DNA from: Kiritimatiella glycovorans
GTDB lineage: Bacteria > Verrucomicrobiota > Kiritimatiellia > Kiritimatiellales > Kiritimatiellaceae
Reading direction: 5' to 3'
NCBI RefSeq assembly: GCF_001017655.1
Contig: NZ_CP010904.1
Span: 90,001 to 122,000 of the forward strand
DNA: 32,000 nt
The first letter of the stretch is position 1. Each line of letters begins with the position of its first letter. The notes beneath the pieces were generated by a model. It was not told where the DNA came from and did no database searches. It saw only the letters and a program-made list of their open reading frames with translations. This document shows positions 17,573 to 26,224 of this stretch, piece after piece. The translations under genes were made by a program, and so were the position numbers.

Positions 17573-18184
17573 ATGAAAATACGGGTGTGCATGCTTACGG
17601 CGGCCGTCGCGGCCGCGGCGGTCGGGGAGGCTTTGCTCCCGAACGGCGATTTCGAGCACGGGCGGGGGGGAAGGCCGGAGTACTGGCAGAAACCCGACGG
17701 ACTCGGCGCACGCTGGGCCGAAGCGCCGGAGGGCGGTGACGGGAAGGCGATCTGCCTCGATACGCGGGTGACGGAAAAGGAGATGTGCGCACAGTGGGAG
17801 CGGACCGGGCTCGACGAATGGATCTTCCCGAAGCCGGTCGACGACCCCATCGCGCGCACGTACGGGCTCTCCTTCTACTCCGACCCCGTTCCCGTCGATA
17901 CGGGCAGGACCTACAGGATTTCGTTCGACTACCGCACCACGCGTCCGGGCGAGGGGGGCAAGGTCTGGGTTCGGGCCTACGGTGAATTCCGCGGTCGCAA
18001 GCGGCGGCTCTACGAGACCGTGGTCTGGTGTCGCGTGAAAGACACGTCATGGCACCACTTCGAAGAGACCTTTCATCCCGCCAAGTGCCGCAAAGATCTG
18101 ATCGATATGAAGGTCATGCTCTTCGCCACCTTTCCGCCCGCCGAGTACTGGTTCGACAATGTCGAGATCGAAGAAGTTGAATAG
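17573..18184 (+). CDS. Small secreted protein, possible CBM4/9-like (galactose-binding-like) jelly-roll
   Basis: ATG 17573 is preceded by GAAGGAGGG. Signal peptide MKIRVCMLTAAVAAAAVGEA is followed by LLPNGDFEHG...YW, a frequent CBM-type N-terminal strand. It ends WFDNVEIEEVE. Confidence 0.6.
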   Translation: MKIRVCMLTAAVAAAAVGEALLPNGDFEHGRGGRPEYWQKPDGLGARWAEAPEGGDGKAICLDTRVTEKEMCAQWERTGLDEWIFPKPVDDPIARTYGLSFYSDPVPVDTGRTYRISFDYRTTRPGEGGKVWVRAYGEFRGRKRRLYETVVWCRVKDTSWHHFEETFHPAKCRKDLIDMKVMLFATFPPAEYWFDNVEIEEVE

Positions 18185-18228
18185 CGCTACGGGATGTTTC
18201 TCATTAATCACGATCCCGGGCGCGTTTG

Positions 18229-18257
18229 TTGCACCGTTGCCAGGAAAAACATTTTAT
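18229..18257 (+). promoter_or_regulatory. Candidate sigma70-type promoter upstream of ffh
   Basis: TTGCAC (18229-18234), 17-nt spacer, TTTTAT (18252-18257), in the relatively AT-rich 137-nt intergenic region. Confidence 0.3.
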
Positions 18258-18321
18258 CGGACCGGGTCGCCACCTTCCCCGCTTGTCCCGGCGGCGATGA
18301 TCCGTTAATTTCCCGCACCTC

Positions 18322-19656
18322 ATGCTCGAATCGCTGTCATCTTCCCTGCAGAACGTCTTCCGCAGCCTGCGCGGTTACGGGAAACTGAACGAGAAGAACG
18401 TGAAGGACGCCCTTCGCGAGGTGCGCATGGCGCTGCTCGAGGCGGACGTCCATTTCAGGGTGGCCAAGGACTTTACGAAGCAGGTCCGCGACCGCTGTCT
18501 CGGGCAGGATGTGCTCGAGAGCGTGACGCCCGGCCAGCAGATCGTGAAGCGCGTGCACGAGGAGATGACCGAACTCTTCGGCGGGGCGCATACCGACTTC
18601 AATCTTGAAGACCGCCCGGCGGGCGTAATGCTGCTGGGCCTCCACGGCTCGGGAAAGACCACCACGGCCGGCAAACTCGCGCACTACTGGATGAGCAGCG
18701 GAAAATCGGTGGTGCTCGCCGCCTGCGATATCCGCAGACCCGCCGCCGTGGAACAGCTCTCCACACTGGCGAAGCAGGAGGGCGCGGCCTGCGTCGCGCC
18801 GCGCGAGGGAGATACCGTGCCGGACGTCGCGGCGCGCGCCCGCAGGGAGGCCTCGGAACAGCAGGCCGATATCGTGATCTACGACACCGGCGGGCGGTTT
18901 CAGATCGATGAAGACCTCGTACACGAACTCGAGGAGATCCGGGAGGCGGTGCAGCCCGCCGACACGGTTCTCGTGCTCGACGCCGCGATCGGACAGGAAT
19001 CGGTCGAAGTGGCCCGCAGATTCCACGAGGCCGTGGGGCTGACGGGGCTCATTCTTACCAAGCTGGACGGCGACGCGCGCGGCGGCGCGGCGCTTTCGGT
19101 CCATTCGATGACCGGGTGTCCGATCCTGATGACCGGTACGGGCGAGCGCCCGGAAGACCTCGAACCGTTCTACCCGGAACGCATGGCCTCGCGCATCCTC
19201 GGCATGGGCGACGTGGTTTCGCTGGTGGAGAAGGCCCAGCAGAACATCGACGAGGACGACGCGCGGCGCATGCAGGAGAAGCTGGCGAAAAACACCTTCG
19301 ACCTGCAGGACTTCCACGACCAGATGCAGCAGATGAAGAAGATGGGGCCGATGGAGAACATCCTCAAGATGCTTCCGGGGGCGGGCGAACTGCCGGAACA
19401 GGTCAAGAGTCAGCTCGGCGGCGCGGGCGACAACATGAAACGCCAGGAAGCGATCATTCGCTCCATGACCCCGAAAGAGCGGCACAAGCCCTCGATCATC
19501 AACGCCTCCCGCCGTCGCCGGATCGCGCGCGGCAGCGGCGTTCGGATGAGCGAGGTCAACGAGCTGTTGAAGAACTTCGACCGCACCCGTAAAATGACCA
19601 GACAGATGAAAAAGATGCGAAAAAGATTGCCCGGAATCCCGAACTTCCCTACATAA
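18322..19656 (+). CDS. ffh: Signal recognition particle protein Ffh
   Basis: 444 aa. Motifs LREVRMALLEADV, GLHGSGKTTTAGKLA, DTGGR, TKLDGDARGG, and a Met-rich M domain (MQQMKKMGPMENILKMLPG). Confidence 0.97.
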   Translation: MLESLSSSLQNVFRSLRGYGKLNEKNVKDALREVRMALLEADVHFRVAKDFTKQVRDRCLGQDVLESVTPGQQIVKRVHEEMTELFGGAHTDFNLEDRPAGVMLLGLHGSGKTTTAGKLAHYWMSSGKSVVLAACDIRRPAAVEQLSTLAKQEGAACVAPREGDTVPDVAARARREASEQQADIVIYDTGGRFQIDEDLVHELEEIREAVQPADTVLVLDAAIGQESVEVARRFHEAVGLTGLILTKLDGDARGGAALSVHSMTGCPILMTGTGERPEDLEPFYPERMASRILGMGDVVSLVEKAQQNIDEDDARRMQEKLAKNTFDLQDFHDQMQQMKKMGPMENILKMLPGAGELPEQVKSQLGGAGDNMKRQEAIIRSMTPKERHKPSIINASRRRRIARGSGVRMSEVNELLKNFDRTRKMTRQMKKMRKRLPGIPNFPT

Positions 19657-19728
19657 GAACCTTTTGCGGCTGCGCCAGAAACGAATATTCGACCCATGCA
19701 GGAACACTACGCGTAAAGGGGAAAACCA

Positions 19729-20097
19729 ATGGCGGTAAAAATCAGACTTCGCAGGATGGGCACCAACAAGAAGCCCTTCTATCGCCTCGTGGCGACGGAT
19801 TCCCGGTACTATACGAAAGGCCGGTTTCTCGAAGTGCTCGGCTGGTACGATCCCAAGCGGGAGGACGGAGGCTGCGAGCTCAAACTGAACCGTGTCGATT
19901 ACTGGCTCGAACAGGGCGCGGAGGCGTCGGAGACGGCCAAAAGCCTGATCCGTAAGGCCAGGAAGACGCAGGCAGCCCCGTCCGCGGACGAGGCGCCGGC
20001 TGTGGCGGAGGAAGCCGCGCCGGCCGGTGACGCCGCGCCGGCCGAAACCGCCGGGGATGGCGACGCGGCGGACGAACCCGATAAGGACGACACCTGA
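19729..20097 (+). CDS. rpsP: 30S ribosomal protein S16 with an Ala/Asp/Glu-rich C-terminal extension
   Basis: MAVKIRLRRMGTNKKPFYRLVATDSR...LGWYDP...NRVDYWLEQGA, followed by a low-complexity acidic tail of about 40 aa. Confidence 0.95.
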   Translation: MAVKIRLRRMGTNKKPFYRLVATDSRYYTKGRFLEVLGWYDPKREDGGCELKLNRVDYWLEQGAEASETAKSLIRKARKTQAAPSADEAPAVAEEAAPAGDAAPAETAGDGDAADEPDKDDT

Positions 20098-20327
20098 TGA
20101 AGGACCTTATCGAGAACCTTGCGCGGGCGCTGGTCGACCACCCCGACGATGTCTCGCTGACGGAGATCGACGGCGAGAAGACCGTGATCTACGAACTCCG
20201 CTGTAACAAGGAAGACATCGGCAAACTTATCGGGCGCAACGGAAAAACCGTCGGGGCGATGCGCACGCTCCTGAGCACGCTGGCGGCCAAAAAAGGACGC
20301 CGCGTGATGCTTGAAGTGGTCGAGTAA
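20097..20327 (+). CDS. KH-domain RNA-binding protein (UPF0109/YlqC family)
   Basis: 76 aa. Contains the GKLIGRNGKTVGAMRTLL GXXG KH motif. The start overlaps the rpsP stop by 1 nt (TGATG). Confidence 0.9.
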   Translation: MKDLIENLARALVDHPDDVSLTEIDGEKTVIYELRCNKEDIGKLIGRNGKTVGAMRTLLSTLAAKKGRRVMLEVVE

Positions 20328-20444
20328 GCCCGCGCGACCGGAGGCGGGGTGGCAGACGGCGAAAGGCCGGTTGCGTCCGCTCCTCCTCCGCCCTCGCCCG
20401 CCCGTAATGCAGACGGAGCGACAACCCCGTTCCGGGGCGCGGCC

Positions 20445-21146
20445 ATGAATATCGATATCATCACGATTTTCCCGGATATGGTGGGCGCCATCCTCGGCGA
20501 GAGCATCATGAAGCGCGCGGCCGAATCGGGGCAGGTGAATTTCCGGGTGGTCAACCTGCGCGACTTCACCCACGACACGCACCGCACGACGGACGACCGT
20601 CCCTACGGCGGCGGGCCGGGCATGGTCATGAAACCGGAACCGATCTTCGAGGCGGTGGAGTCGCTGCGCGGCGACAATACCACCGTGATCCTGACCACCC
20701 CCCAGGGCGAGCGGTTCTCGCAGCCCGCCGCGGGAGAGCTGACCGGACATTCACACCTGGTCTTTATCTGCGGTCACTACGAAGGCGTGGACGAGCGCGT
20801 GCGCGAGGCGCTGGTGGACCGGGAGTTCTCGATCGGCGACTACGTGCTCACGAACGGCGTGCTTCCGGCCGCCGTCATCGCCGATGCCGTGGTGCGCCTG
20901 ATCCCGGGGGTGCTGGGCGGGGAGGGCGCCACCGACGAGGAATCGTTCGGGGAGGGCCTGCTCGAATATCCTCACTACACCCGCCCCCCCGAATTCCGCG
21001 GCATGAAGGTGCCCGAAGTTCTCAGCTCGGGCGACCACGGCCGCATCGCGCGCTGGCGGCGTGAACAAGCGGAAGCGCGCACGCGCGAGCGGCGTCCCGA
21101 CCTGTGGGAACGGTATGATCGGCTCCGCCGCGACGGACGGGAATGA
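20445..21146 (+). CDS. trmD: tRNA (guanine37-N1)-methyltransferase TrmD
   Basis: [12 protein letters not shown]..., [48 protein letters not shown]. The start is taken at the conserved [10 protein letters not shown], not the upstream alternative start in the track. Confidence 0.95.
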   Translation: MNIDIITIFPDMVGAILGESIMKRAAESGQVNFRVVNLRDFTHDTHRTTDDRPYGGGPGMVMKPEPIFEAVESLRGDNTTVILTTPQGERFSQPAAGELTGHSHLVFICGHYEGVDERVREALVDREFSIGDYVLTNGVLPAAVIADAVVRLIPGVLGGEGATDEESFGEGLLEYPHYTRPPEFRGMKVPEVLSSGDHGRIARWRREQAEARTRERRPDLWERYDRLRRDGRE

Positions 21147-21179
21147 GCGTCTGAGGCCCTTTTTTATTCCGGAAGATCC

Positions 21180-21207
21180 TTGACCGCGGGACGCGCCGGA
21201 GTACCAT
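21180..21207 (+). promoter_or_regulatory. Candidate promoter upstream of rplS
   Basis: TTGACC (21180-21185), 16-nt spacer, TACCAT (21202-21207). It is preceded by a T-run (21161-21169) after trmD. Confidence 0.25.
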
Positions 21208-21244
21208 GCGTCCTTTCGTAACCGCAGGGCGGGAGACCGACAGC

Positions 21245-21589
21245 ATGAATATTCTACAGAAAATCGACAGCGAACAGATTAAGACGGACGGACGGCCCGA
21301 GTTTTCCGTGGGTGACCGCGTCGCCGTACATGTTCGCGTCAGCGAGGGCGGCAAGGAACGCATCCAGGTGTTCACCGGCGATGTCATTGCACGCAAGGGT
21401 TCCGGGGCCACGGAGACGTTCACCGTCCGGCGCCGCTCTTACGGAGAGGGCGTGGAACGTACGTTTCCCCTGCACAGTCCCTCGGTCGCCAGAATAGAAA
21501 TCAAACGCCGGGGCAAGGTACGCCGCGCGAAGCTCTACTATATGCGCGAACTCTCCGGTAAGAAAGCCCGCATCCGCGAACGCCGCTGA
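21245..21589 (+). CDS. rplS: 50S ribosomal protein L19
   Basis: [13 protein letters not shown]...[33 protein letters not shown]...[19 protein letters not shown]. Confidence 0.95.
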   Translation: MNILQKIDSEQIKTDGRPEFSVGDRVAVHVRVSEGGKERIQVFTGDVIARKGSGATETFTVRRRSYGEGVERTFPLHSPSVARIEIKRRGKVRRAKLYYMRELSGKKARIRERR

Positions 21590-21603
21590 ATCCGGGTCGA
21601 TCC

Positions 21604-22263
21604 ATGCCCTCGTTCTACGATCTGATTCAGTTCGAACGGGAGGCATGGACCGCAGGCTACGGGCGCGTGGCCGGAATCGACGAAGCCGGCCGCGGGCCGC
21701 TGGCGGGACCCGTCGTCGCGGCGGCGGTGTGTTTTACCCCCGCGTTTCTGTGCAACCATTCCCGTCCCGTCCTCGAGGGCCTGACCGATTCCAAGGCCCT
21801 GTCGGAAGGCCGCCGCAACGATTTCTACGCCACCCTGCGGGCGATGAAGGCCGCATCCATCGGCGTCGGATCCGCCACGCCGGAGGAAATCGACACGATG
21901 AATATCCTCCGCGCAACCCATCTCGCGATGGCGCGCGCGGTCCTCGACCTGCGGCCGCCGGGTGATTTCGCACTGGTGGACGGAAACGAGGTCCGCGGAC
22001 TGGCCGTTCCCTCCCGGTCCATTGTCAAAGGGGACCGCCTCAGCCTCTCGATCTCCGCCGCCAGCGTGATCGCCAAGGTCACCCGCGACCGCATGATGAC
22101 GGAGCTGGACGCGCAGTATCCGGGATACGGGTTTGCGGCGCACAAGGGCTACGGGACGGCGGCGCACCTTGAAGCCCTCGCACGGCTCGGGCCCTCGCCC
22201 TGCCACCGGAGATCGTTCCGGCCGGTCAGCGAACGACAGCTCGGATTCGAACCGGGGGATTAA
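21604..22263 (+). CDS. rnhB: Ribonuclease HII
   Basis: [59 protein letters not shown]. Confidence 0.95.
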   Translation: MPSFYDLIQFEREAWTAGYGRVAGIDEAGRGPLAGPVVAAAVCFTPAFLCNHSRPVLEGLTDSKALSEGRRNDFYATLRAMKAASIGVGSATPEEIDTMNILRATHLAMARAVLDLRPPGDFALVDGNEVRGLAVPSRSIVKGDRLSLSISAASVIAKVTRDRMMTELDAQYPGYGFAAHKGYGTAAHLEALARLGPSPCHRRSFRPVSERQLGFEPGD

Positions 22264-22333
22264 TCCTCCAGCCCGGAAGAACCCCCTGAACCCGCTCTTT
22301 CAACTCGAACGCGGACTCCACCGTCTGCGCACG

Positions 22334-22741
22334 GTGTTCGCGCGCCGCGAACCGGAGCATCTTCGCACCGGTCGCTGGGGCGAGCGTCGCGCGGCGAAAT
22401 GGCTGCGCCGGCGCGGATACCGGATATGCGGGCGGCGCGTGCGCGCCGGACGGCGCGGCGAACTCGATATCGTCGCCCGCGACGGCGAGACGCTGGTGTT
22501 CGTCGAGGTCAAAACCCGACGTTCCCGCGGCCCGGCCCGGCCGGCCGCCTCCGTGAACCGGCGCAAGCGGCGCACGCTGCGCCGCGCCGCACTCTCCTAC
22601 CTGAAACGAATGCGGCCCCCTCCCCGGTATTTTCGCTTCGACGTGATAGAGGTCATCGGCCCCCGCGGCACTCGGAGGCCCGAGATAAGACACATCCGCG
22701 GCGCCCTGTCGCTTCGGAACGATCAGAAGACCTGGTGGTGA
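22334..22741 (+). CDS. yraN: YraN-family (UPF0102) endonuclease-like protein
   Basis: [51 protein letters not shown]...FDVIEV is the YraN pattern. The start is uncertain: GTG 22334 is proposed, CTG 22286 is possible, and the track start 22133 lies inside rnhB. Confidence 0.8.
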   Translation: MFARREPEHLRTGRWGERRAAKWLRRRGYRICGRRVRAGRRGELDIVARDGETLVFVEVKTRRSRGPARPAASVNRRKRRTLRRAALSYLKRMRPPPRYFRFDVIEVIGPRGTRRPEIRHIRGALSLRNDQKTWW

Positions 22742-22759
22742 AGACCGCGTCCTCCGCCG

Positions 22760-23293
22760 CTACGCGCCGCCGTCCGTGATCCAGATGCCCCACGCGGCCA
22801 GGGATTTGGCGTCGGTGAGCCCGCCCTTGCGCACGGCAGCCCGCACCTCGTCCAGGGTCAGCAGGACCGGCTCGATGGTCTCATCCTCGTCCGGCGCGCC
22901 TCCGTCCTCCCGCTCCGCCTCGGCATAGAAAAGCTCGATCCGCTCGCTGCTGTATCCGCACGAGGGATACATCGCACCGAGACGACGCGCGGTTCGGGCC
23001 CGGTATCCGGTCTCTTCGTGCAGCTCGCGCTCCACGGCCGCGGACGGGGATTCGCCGGGTTCGCAGTTGCCCGCGGGGATTTCGAGCATGATCTGCTCCA
23101 CCGCTTTGCGGTACTGGCGTACAAACAGAAAGCGTCCGTCCGGAACCCGCGTGAGGACGGCGGCCGCGGGGCCGTGCCGGACGACCTCCCGCACCGCCGT
23201 CCGGCCGCCGGGCAGCTCGACGTCGTGTACCTCGAGATTCAGGATGCGGCCCTCGTAGACCGTGCGTAGCGATCGGGTTTGTTCATTCATCAC
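22760..23293 (-). CDS. NUDIX hydrolase (ADP-ribose pyrophosphatase-like)
   Basis: 177 aa. Nudix box PAGNCEPGESPSAAVERELHEETGY, and an N-terminal region typical of the NudF/ADPRase subfamily. Confidence 0.9.
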   Translation of the reverse strand: MMNEQTRSLRTVYEGRILNLEVHDVELPGGRTAVREVVRHGPAAAVLTRVPDGRFLFVRQYRKAVEQIMLEIPAGNCEPGESPSAAVERELHEETGYRARTARRLGAMYPSCGYSSERIELFYAEAEREDGGAPDEDETIEPVLLTLDEVRAAVRKGGLTDAKSLAAWGIWITDGGA

Positions 23294-23529
23294 AGACTCC
23301 CGGTATGAACGTGGATCTCCGGCGCGGCGCGTCCGCGGCGTTGCCCGGAAGCGACCGGCTCTGATGTTCTCTCACAAAGGCGCCAGGGCACAAAGCTATT
23401 CATCGAGTCGTCCAGTACGAATCGTGTTCCCTCAACCCATTTCCAGGCTCTTCATGTCCGCGGTGTTCTTCGCGGTGAAGTTTGTGTAGCATGGAGAGAC
23501 TTTTCACAACACGAGACCGGAGCGCTGCC

Positions 23530-25068
23530 ATGAAAATCGTAAACACCGCCACCATGAAGGAACTCGACCGCCGGACCATCGAGGAGGCGGGCGTTTCCGG
23601 AGAGGAACTCATGGAACGGGCGGGAACGGGTATCGCGCGCGTCGCGGAGGAGTGGCGTATCCTCGGCGGCCTCTCCGCCATGAGCGCCCGGCTGCTGGCC
23701 GGCGGCGGCAACAACGGGGGCGATGCCTTCGTCGCCGCGCGAGTGTTGCGGGGAATGGACTGGGAGGTCGAGGTCTGGGCCACCAGACCCGCGGGCGACT
23801 ACGGCGGTGAGACGGCCGCCCACCTCCGGCGGATGCTCGACGCCGGCGTCCCGCTGCGGGAACTGACCCGCGAGGAGGACTGGGACGAGGCGGAACGAAC
23901 GGCGGAACCGGTCGATCTGCTGATCGACGGATTGCTGGGGACAGGCACTAAAGGCGCGGCGCGCGGACTCCCCGCCCGCGCGATCCGCTACCTCAACGCG
24001 CAGCGCCGCACCACCATGGTCCTCGCCATCGACATCCCCTCCGGCATGAACGGCGATACGGGGGAGGCGGAGGGCGTCGCCGTGGTCGCGGACCTCACCG
24101 TGACCATGGCCCTGCCCAAGGCGGGGCTTCTGCGTCCGCGGGCGGCGGCGCACACGGGCCGGCTCGACGTGGTCGATATCGGCATCCCCGCGTCGTATGT
24201 CGACGAGGCCGCGGGCGAGGAGGGTCTGGAATTTGTCGGGCGCGAAGATATCGCGTCCGTGTTTCCCCCGCCCCGGCCGCGGGCGGCCCAGAAGGGGGAT
24301 TTCGGTAAGCTGCTGCTGGTCGGGGGCGCGGTGGGCATGAGCGGGGCGCTGGTGATGGCCGGACGCGCGGCGCTGCGCGGCGGGGCGGGGCTCGTCACGC
24401 TGCGCGTGCCGCCGGAGGCCTACACGGCCGCCGCAGCCGCGGCGCCGGAATTGATGATTCATCCCTCTCCCGAAGGCGGCGACTGGGGGCTGGGCCTCTA
24501 CGACGTGCTGCTGATCGGTCCCGGGCTGGGTCGGTCCGAAGAATCCCGGCTGCAGGTTCATCACCTGCTCGCGGAGCGGACGGGGACGGCCGTGGTCGAT
24601 GCCGACGCGCTTCACGTCCTGGCCGGCGAGCCGGAGCGCATCGACGGGACCCGCGCGGCGACCGTGATCACCCCCCACCCCGGCGAGGCCGCGAAGCTGC
24701 TCGGATGCGCGCCGGCTGACATCCAGCAGGACCGCCGCGCCGCCGCGCGCGAGCTGGCCGGACGCAGCGGGGCGGTGTGCATTCTCAAGGGCGCCGGCAC
24801 CCTCATCGCGCGCCCCGACGGCGCCCTGGCCGTGAACATGAACGGCAATCCCGGCATGGCGACGGGCGGGAGCGGCGACGTGCTGGCCGGTCTGCTCGCG
24901 GCGCTGCTCGGACAGGGACTCGACCCCTGGGACGCCGCGCGCGCGGGGGTTTTTCTCCACGGCCGGGCGGGAGATCTCGCGGCGGCCGGACAGGGCGAGA
25001 TCTCCGCGACTGCCCCGGACCTGATCGAGGAACTCCCCGCCGCACTGCGCGAGTTCACGCCGAGGTGA
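23530..25068 (+). CDS. nnr: Bifunctional NAD(P)H-hydrate repair enzyme Nnr (epimerase + ADP-dependent dehydratase)
   Basis: N-terminal YjeF_N (GGGNNGGDAFVAAR, DGLLGTG). C-terminal carbohydrate-kinase-like domain (KGDFGKLLLVGG, VVDADAL, ITPHPGEAAKLL, GNPGMATGGSGDVLAG). The start is taken at MKIVNTATMKELD. Confidence 0.92.
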   Translation: MKIVNTATMKELDRRTIEEAGVSGEELMERAGTGIARVAEEWRILGGLSAMSARLLAGGGNNGGDAFVAARVLRGMDWEVEVWATRPAGDYGGETAAHLRRMLDAGVPLRELTREEDWDEAERTAEPVDLLIDGLLGTGTKGAARGLPARAIRYLNAQRRTTMVLAIDIPSGMNGDTGEAEGVAVVADLTVTMALPKAGLLRPRAAAHTGRLDVVDIGIPASYVDEAAGEEGLEFVGREDIASVFPPPRPRAAQKGDFGKLLLVGGAVGMSGALVMAGRAALRGGAGLVTLRVPPEAYTAAAAAAPELMIHPSPEGGDWGLGLYDVLLIGPGLGRSEESRLQVHHLLAERTGTAVVDADALHVLAGEPERIDGTRAATVITPHPGEAAKLLGCAPADIQQDRRAAARELAGRSGAVCILKGAGTLIARPDGALAVNMNGNPGMATGGSGDVLAGLLAALLGQGLDPWDAARAGVFLHGRAGDLAAAGQGEISATAPDLIEELPAALREFTPR

Positions 25069-25069
25069 G

Positions 25070-26216
25070 TTACGCGGAATCGTGTCGAGCTTGTTCCACT
25101 CGACCCTGTCCAGGGACGCACGGCGTACCGCAGGCAAACGTCGCGACTCTTTCCGCCTCGTAAAGACGGAATTCAGAAGAGGTCTCTCGCGGAGGCGCGG
25201 AGAACGCAGAGGGGATGAAGATGAAAAAAGTTCTTCGTAGATTTTTATGGTGAGCGGCGGCAAGTCCGCTCGCGTCACATCGTACTCGTACTCGTACTCG
25301 TACGCGTACTCGGAGCGCCGAAGGCGCGATCCCCCTCCCCCGATTCGAGGAACTCGAGTACGAGTACCGCTTCGCTGAGTACGAGTACGAATTACGTTCT
25401 CTGTGAATCCCGATTTCGACTTCGGTCCGGAGTTCGAGATCCCATCCGTGTTTTGGGGATGTCCCGAATCCTGTTGAAACTCGTTGGCGGTCTCGGTCTT
25501 CATTTCGATGTAGTTCCTTGTCATTCACTTGTCCAGTCCCTGTTCGGCAGTTCGCTTCGCTCTCTGCCTGGGGGTGAGGCGTCGTGGAGTGGAGCCCGTT
25601 CCCGCCGGAGGCGGGATGGCCCGGAGGGCCAAGGGCGGAGCGGAGCGACGCCTCAACAGCTTCCGATGGCCAGCCCAGGGATTTCAAAAGCACCGGGATC
25701 TGACGATAGCCTTTGATTCGACGGAACCCTTTCTCGGCCCTCAGAAGCGAATAGGCCAGCCAGCGTTCCGCCTGATCCGTCTCTGCGCGCCAACGCTTCA
25801 CCCGCCCGATTTTTGCGCGTGTGTTTCGGAACGGGTTCTCGATGCAGTTTGTGTTCGTCAACGTGGTGTGTAGAGTGGACGGCGCATTCAGCTTGTGAAC
25901 CGTAATGAGCTCCTCACCGGCCTCGTGCAGGGATTCCAGGGCCTTGTGGCTGTGCCGGCTCAGAAAGCGTTCCAGATCGGCGAGTGCTTCACGTCCGGCT
26001 TCTTCGCCTTCCACGGAGCGGAGACGCTTGAAAAGGTCGCTCACGCTGCCGTGATGACGCCTGGAGAGACAACGCTTAATATTTCGTTCCTTATGCACCA
26101 GGCATCGTTGAATGCGCGCTCGCGGAAAATGCTTCAAGACGCTGTTATGAAGTGCCCGAGAACCGTCGAGAACCGCCAACGGATCGCCCTCGAACTCAAG
26201 ACCGCGGTGGACAAGC
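25070..26216 (-). pseudogene. IS256-family transposase, C-terminal part, same frame as the N-terminal part; reads through the IS end into flanking repeat DNA
   Basis: Continues LVHRGLEFEGDPLAVLDGSRALHNSVLKHFPRARIQRCLVHKERN...NCIENPFRNTRAKIGRVKRW...RIKGYRQ. Family similarity fades near 25650, but there is no in-frame stop until 25070. Confidence 0.8.
25282..25388. repeat. Composite hairpin repeat element, copy B (inverted relative to copy A): GTACTC hexamer arm, conserved core, complementary GAGTAC hexamer arm
   Basis: (GTACTC)3-GTACGC-GTACTC runs 25282-25311. GAGTAC pairs lie at 25356-25367 and 25377-25388. The core at 25298-25346 matches the reverse complement of 5232-5283 with 3 mismatches in 49 nt (manual alignment). 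Confidence 0.9.
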
Positions 26217-26224
26217 CGGTCGAG

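Noticed and set aside
21147-21170. Intrinsic terminator after trmD, suggested by the T-run at 21161-21169.
   Set aside because: Only weak 3-4 bp stems can be drawn upstream of the T-run, which is not enough to call a terminator.
22243-22253. GGTTCGAATCC, a tRNA T-arm-like motif, on the minus strand.
   Set aside because: The T-stem would have a mismatch. No complementary acceptor stem, D-arm or anticodon arm could be built from flanking sequence. The site lies inside the well-supported 3' end of rnhB (…QLGFEPGD).
23404-23430. Possible third, degenerate relic of the repeat core: CGAGTCGTCCAGTACGAATCGTGTTCC compared with CGAGTACGCGTACGAATCATGCTTTTCC at 5266-5293.
   Set aside because: Only about 20 matching positions, with several gaps. 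This is too short and too gapped to distinguish from chance without a genome-wide model of the element.
25382-25454. Plus-strand frame immediately left of the IS reads ITFSVNPDFDFGPEFEIPSVF, which looks beta-strand-like and could have been the missing 5' part of the porin gene.
   Set aside because: The frame opens only 25 codons upstream, after a TGA at 25376. It has no start or signal peptide. It does not join the porin frame across the IS with any 8-bp duplication.
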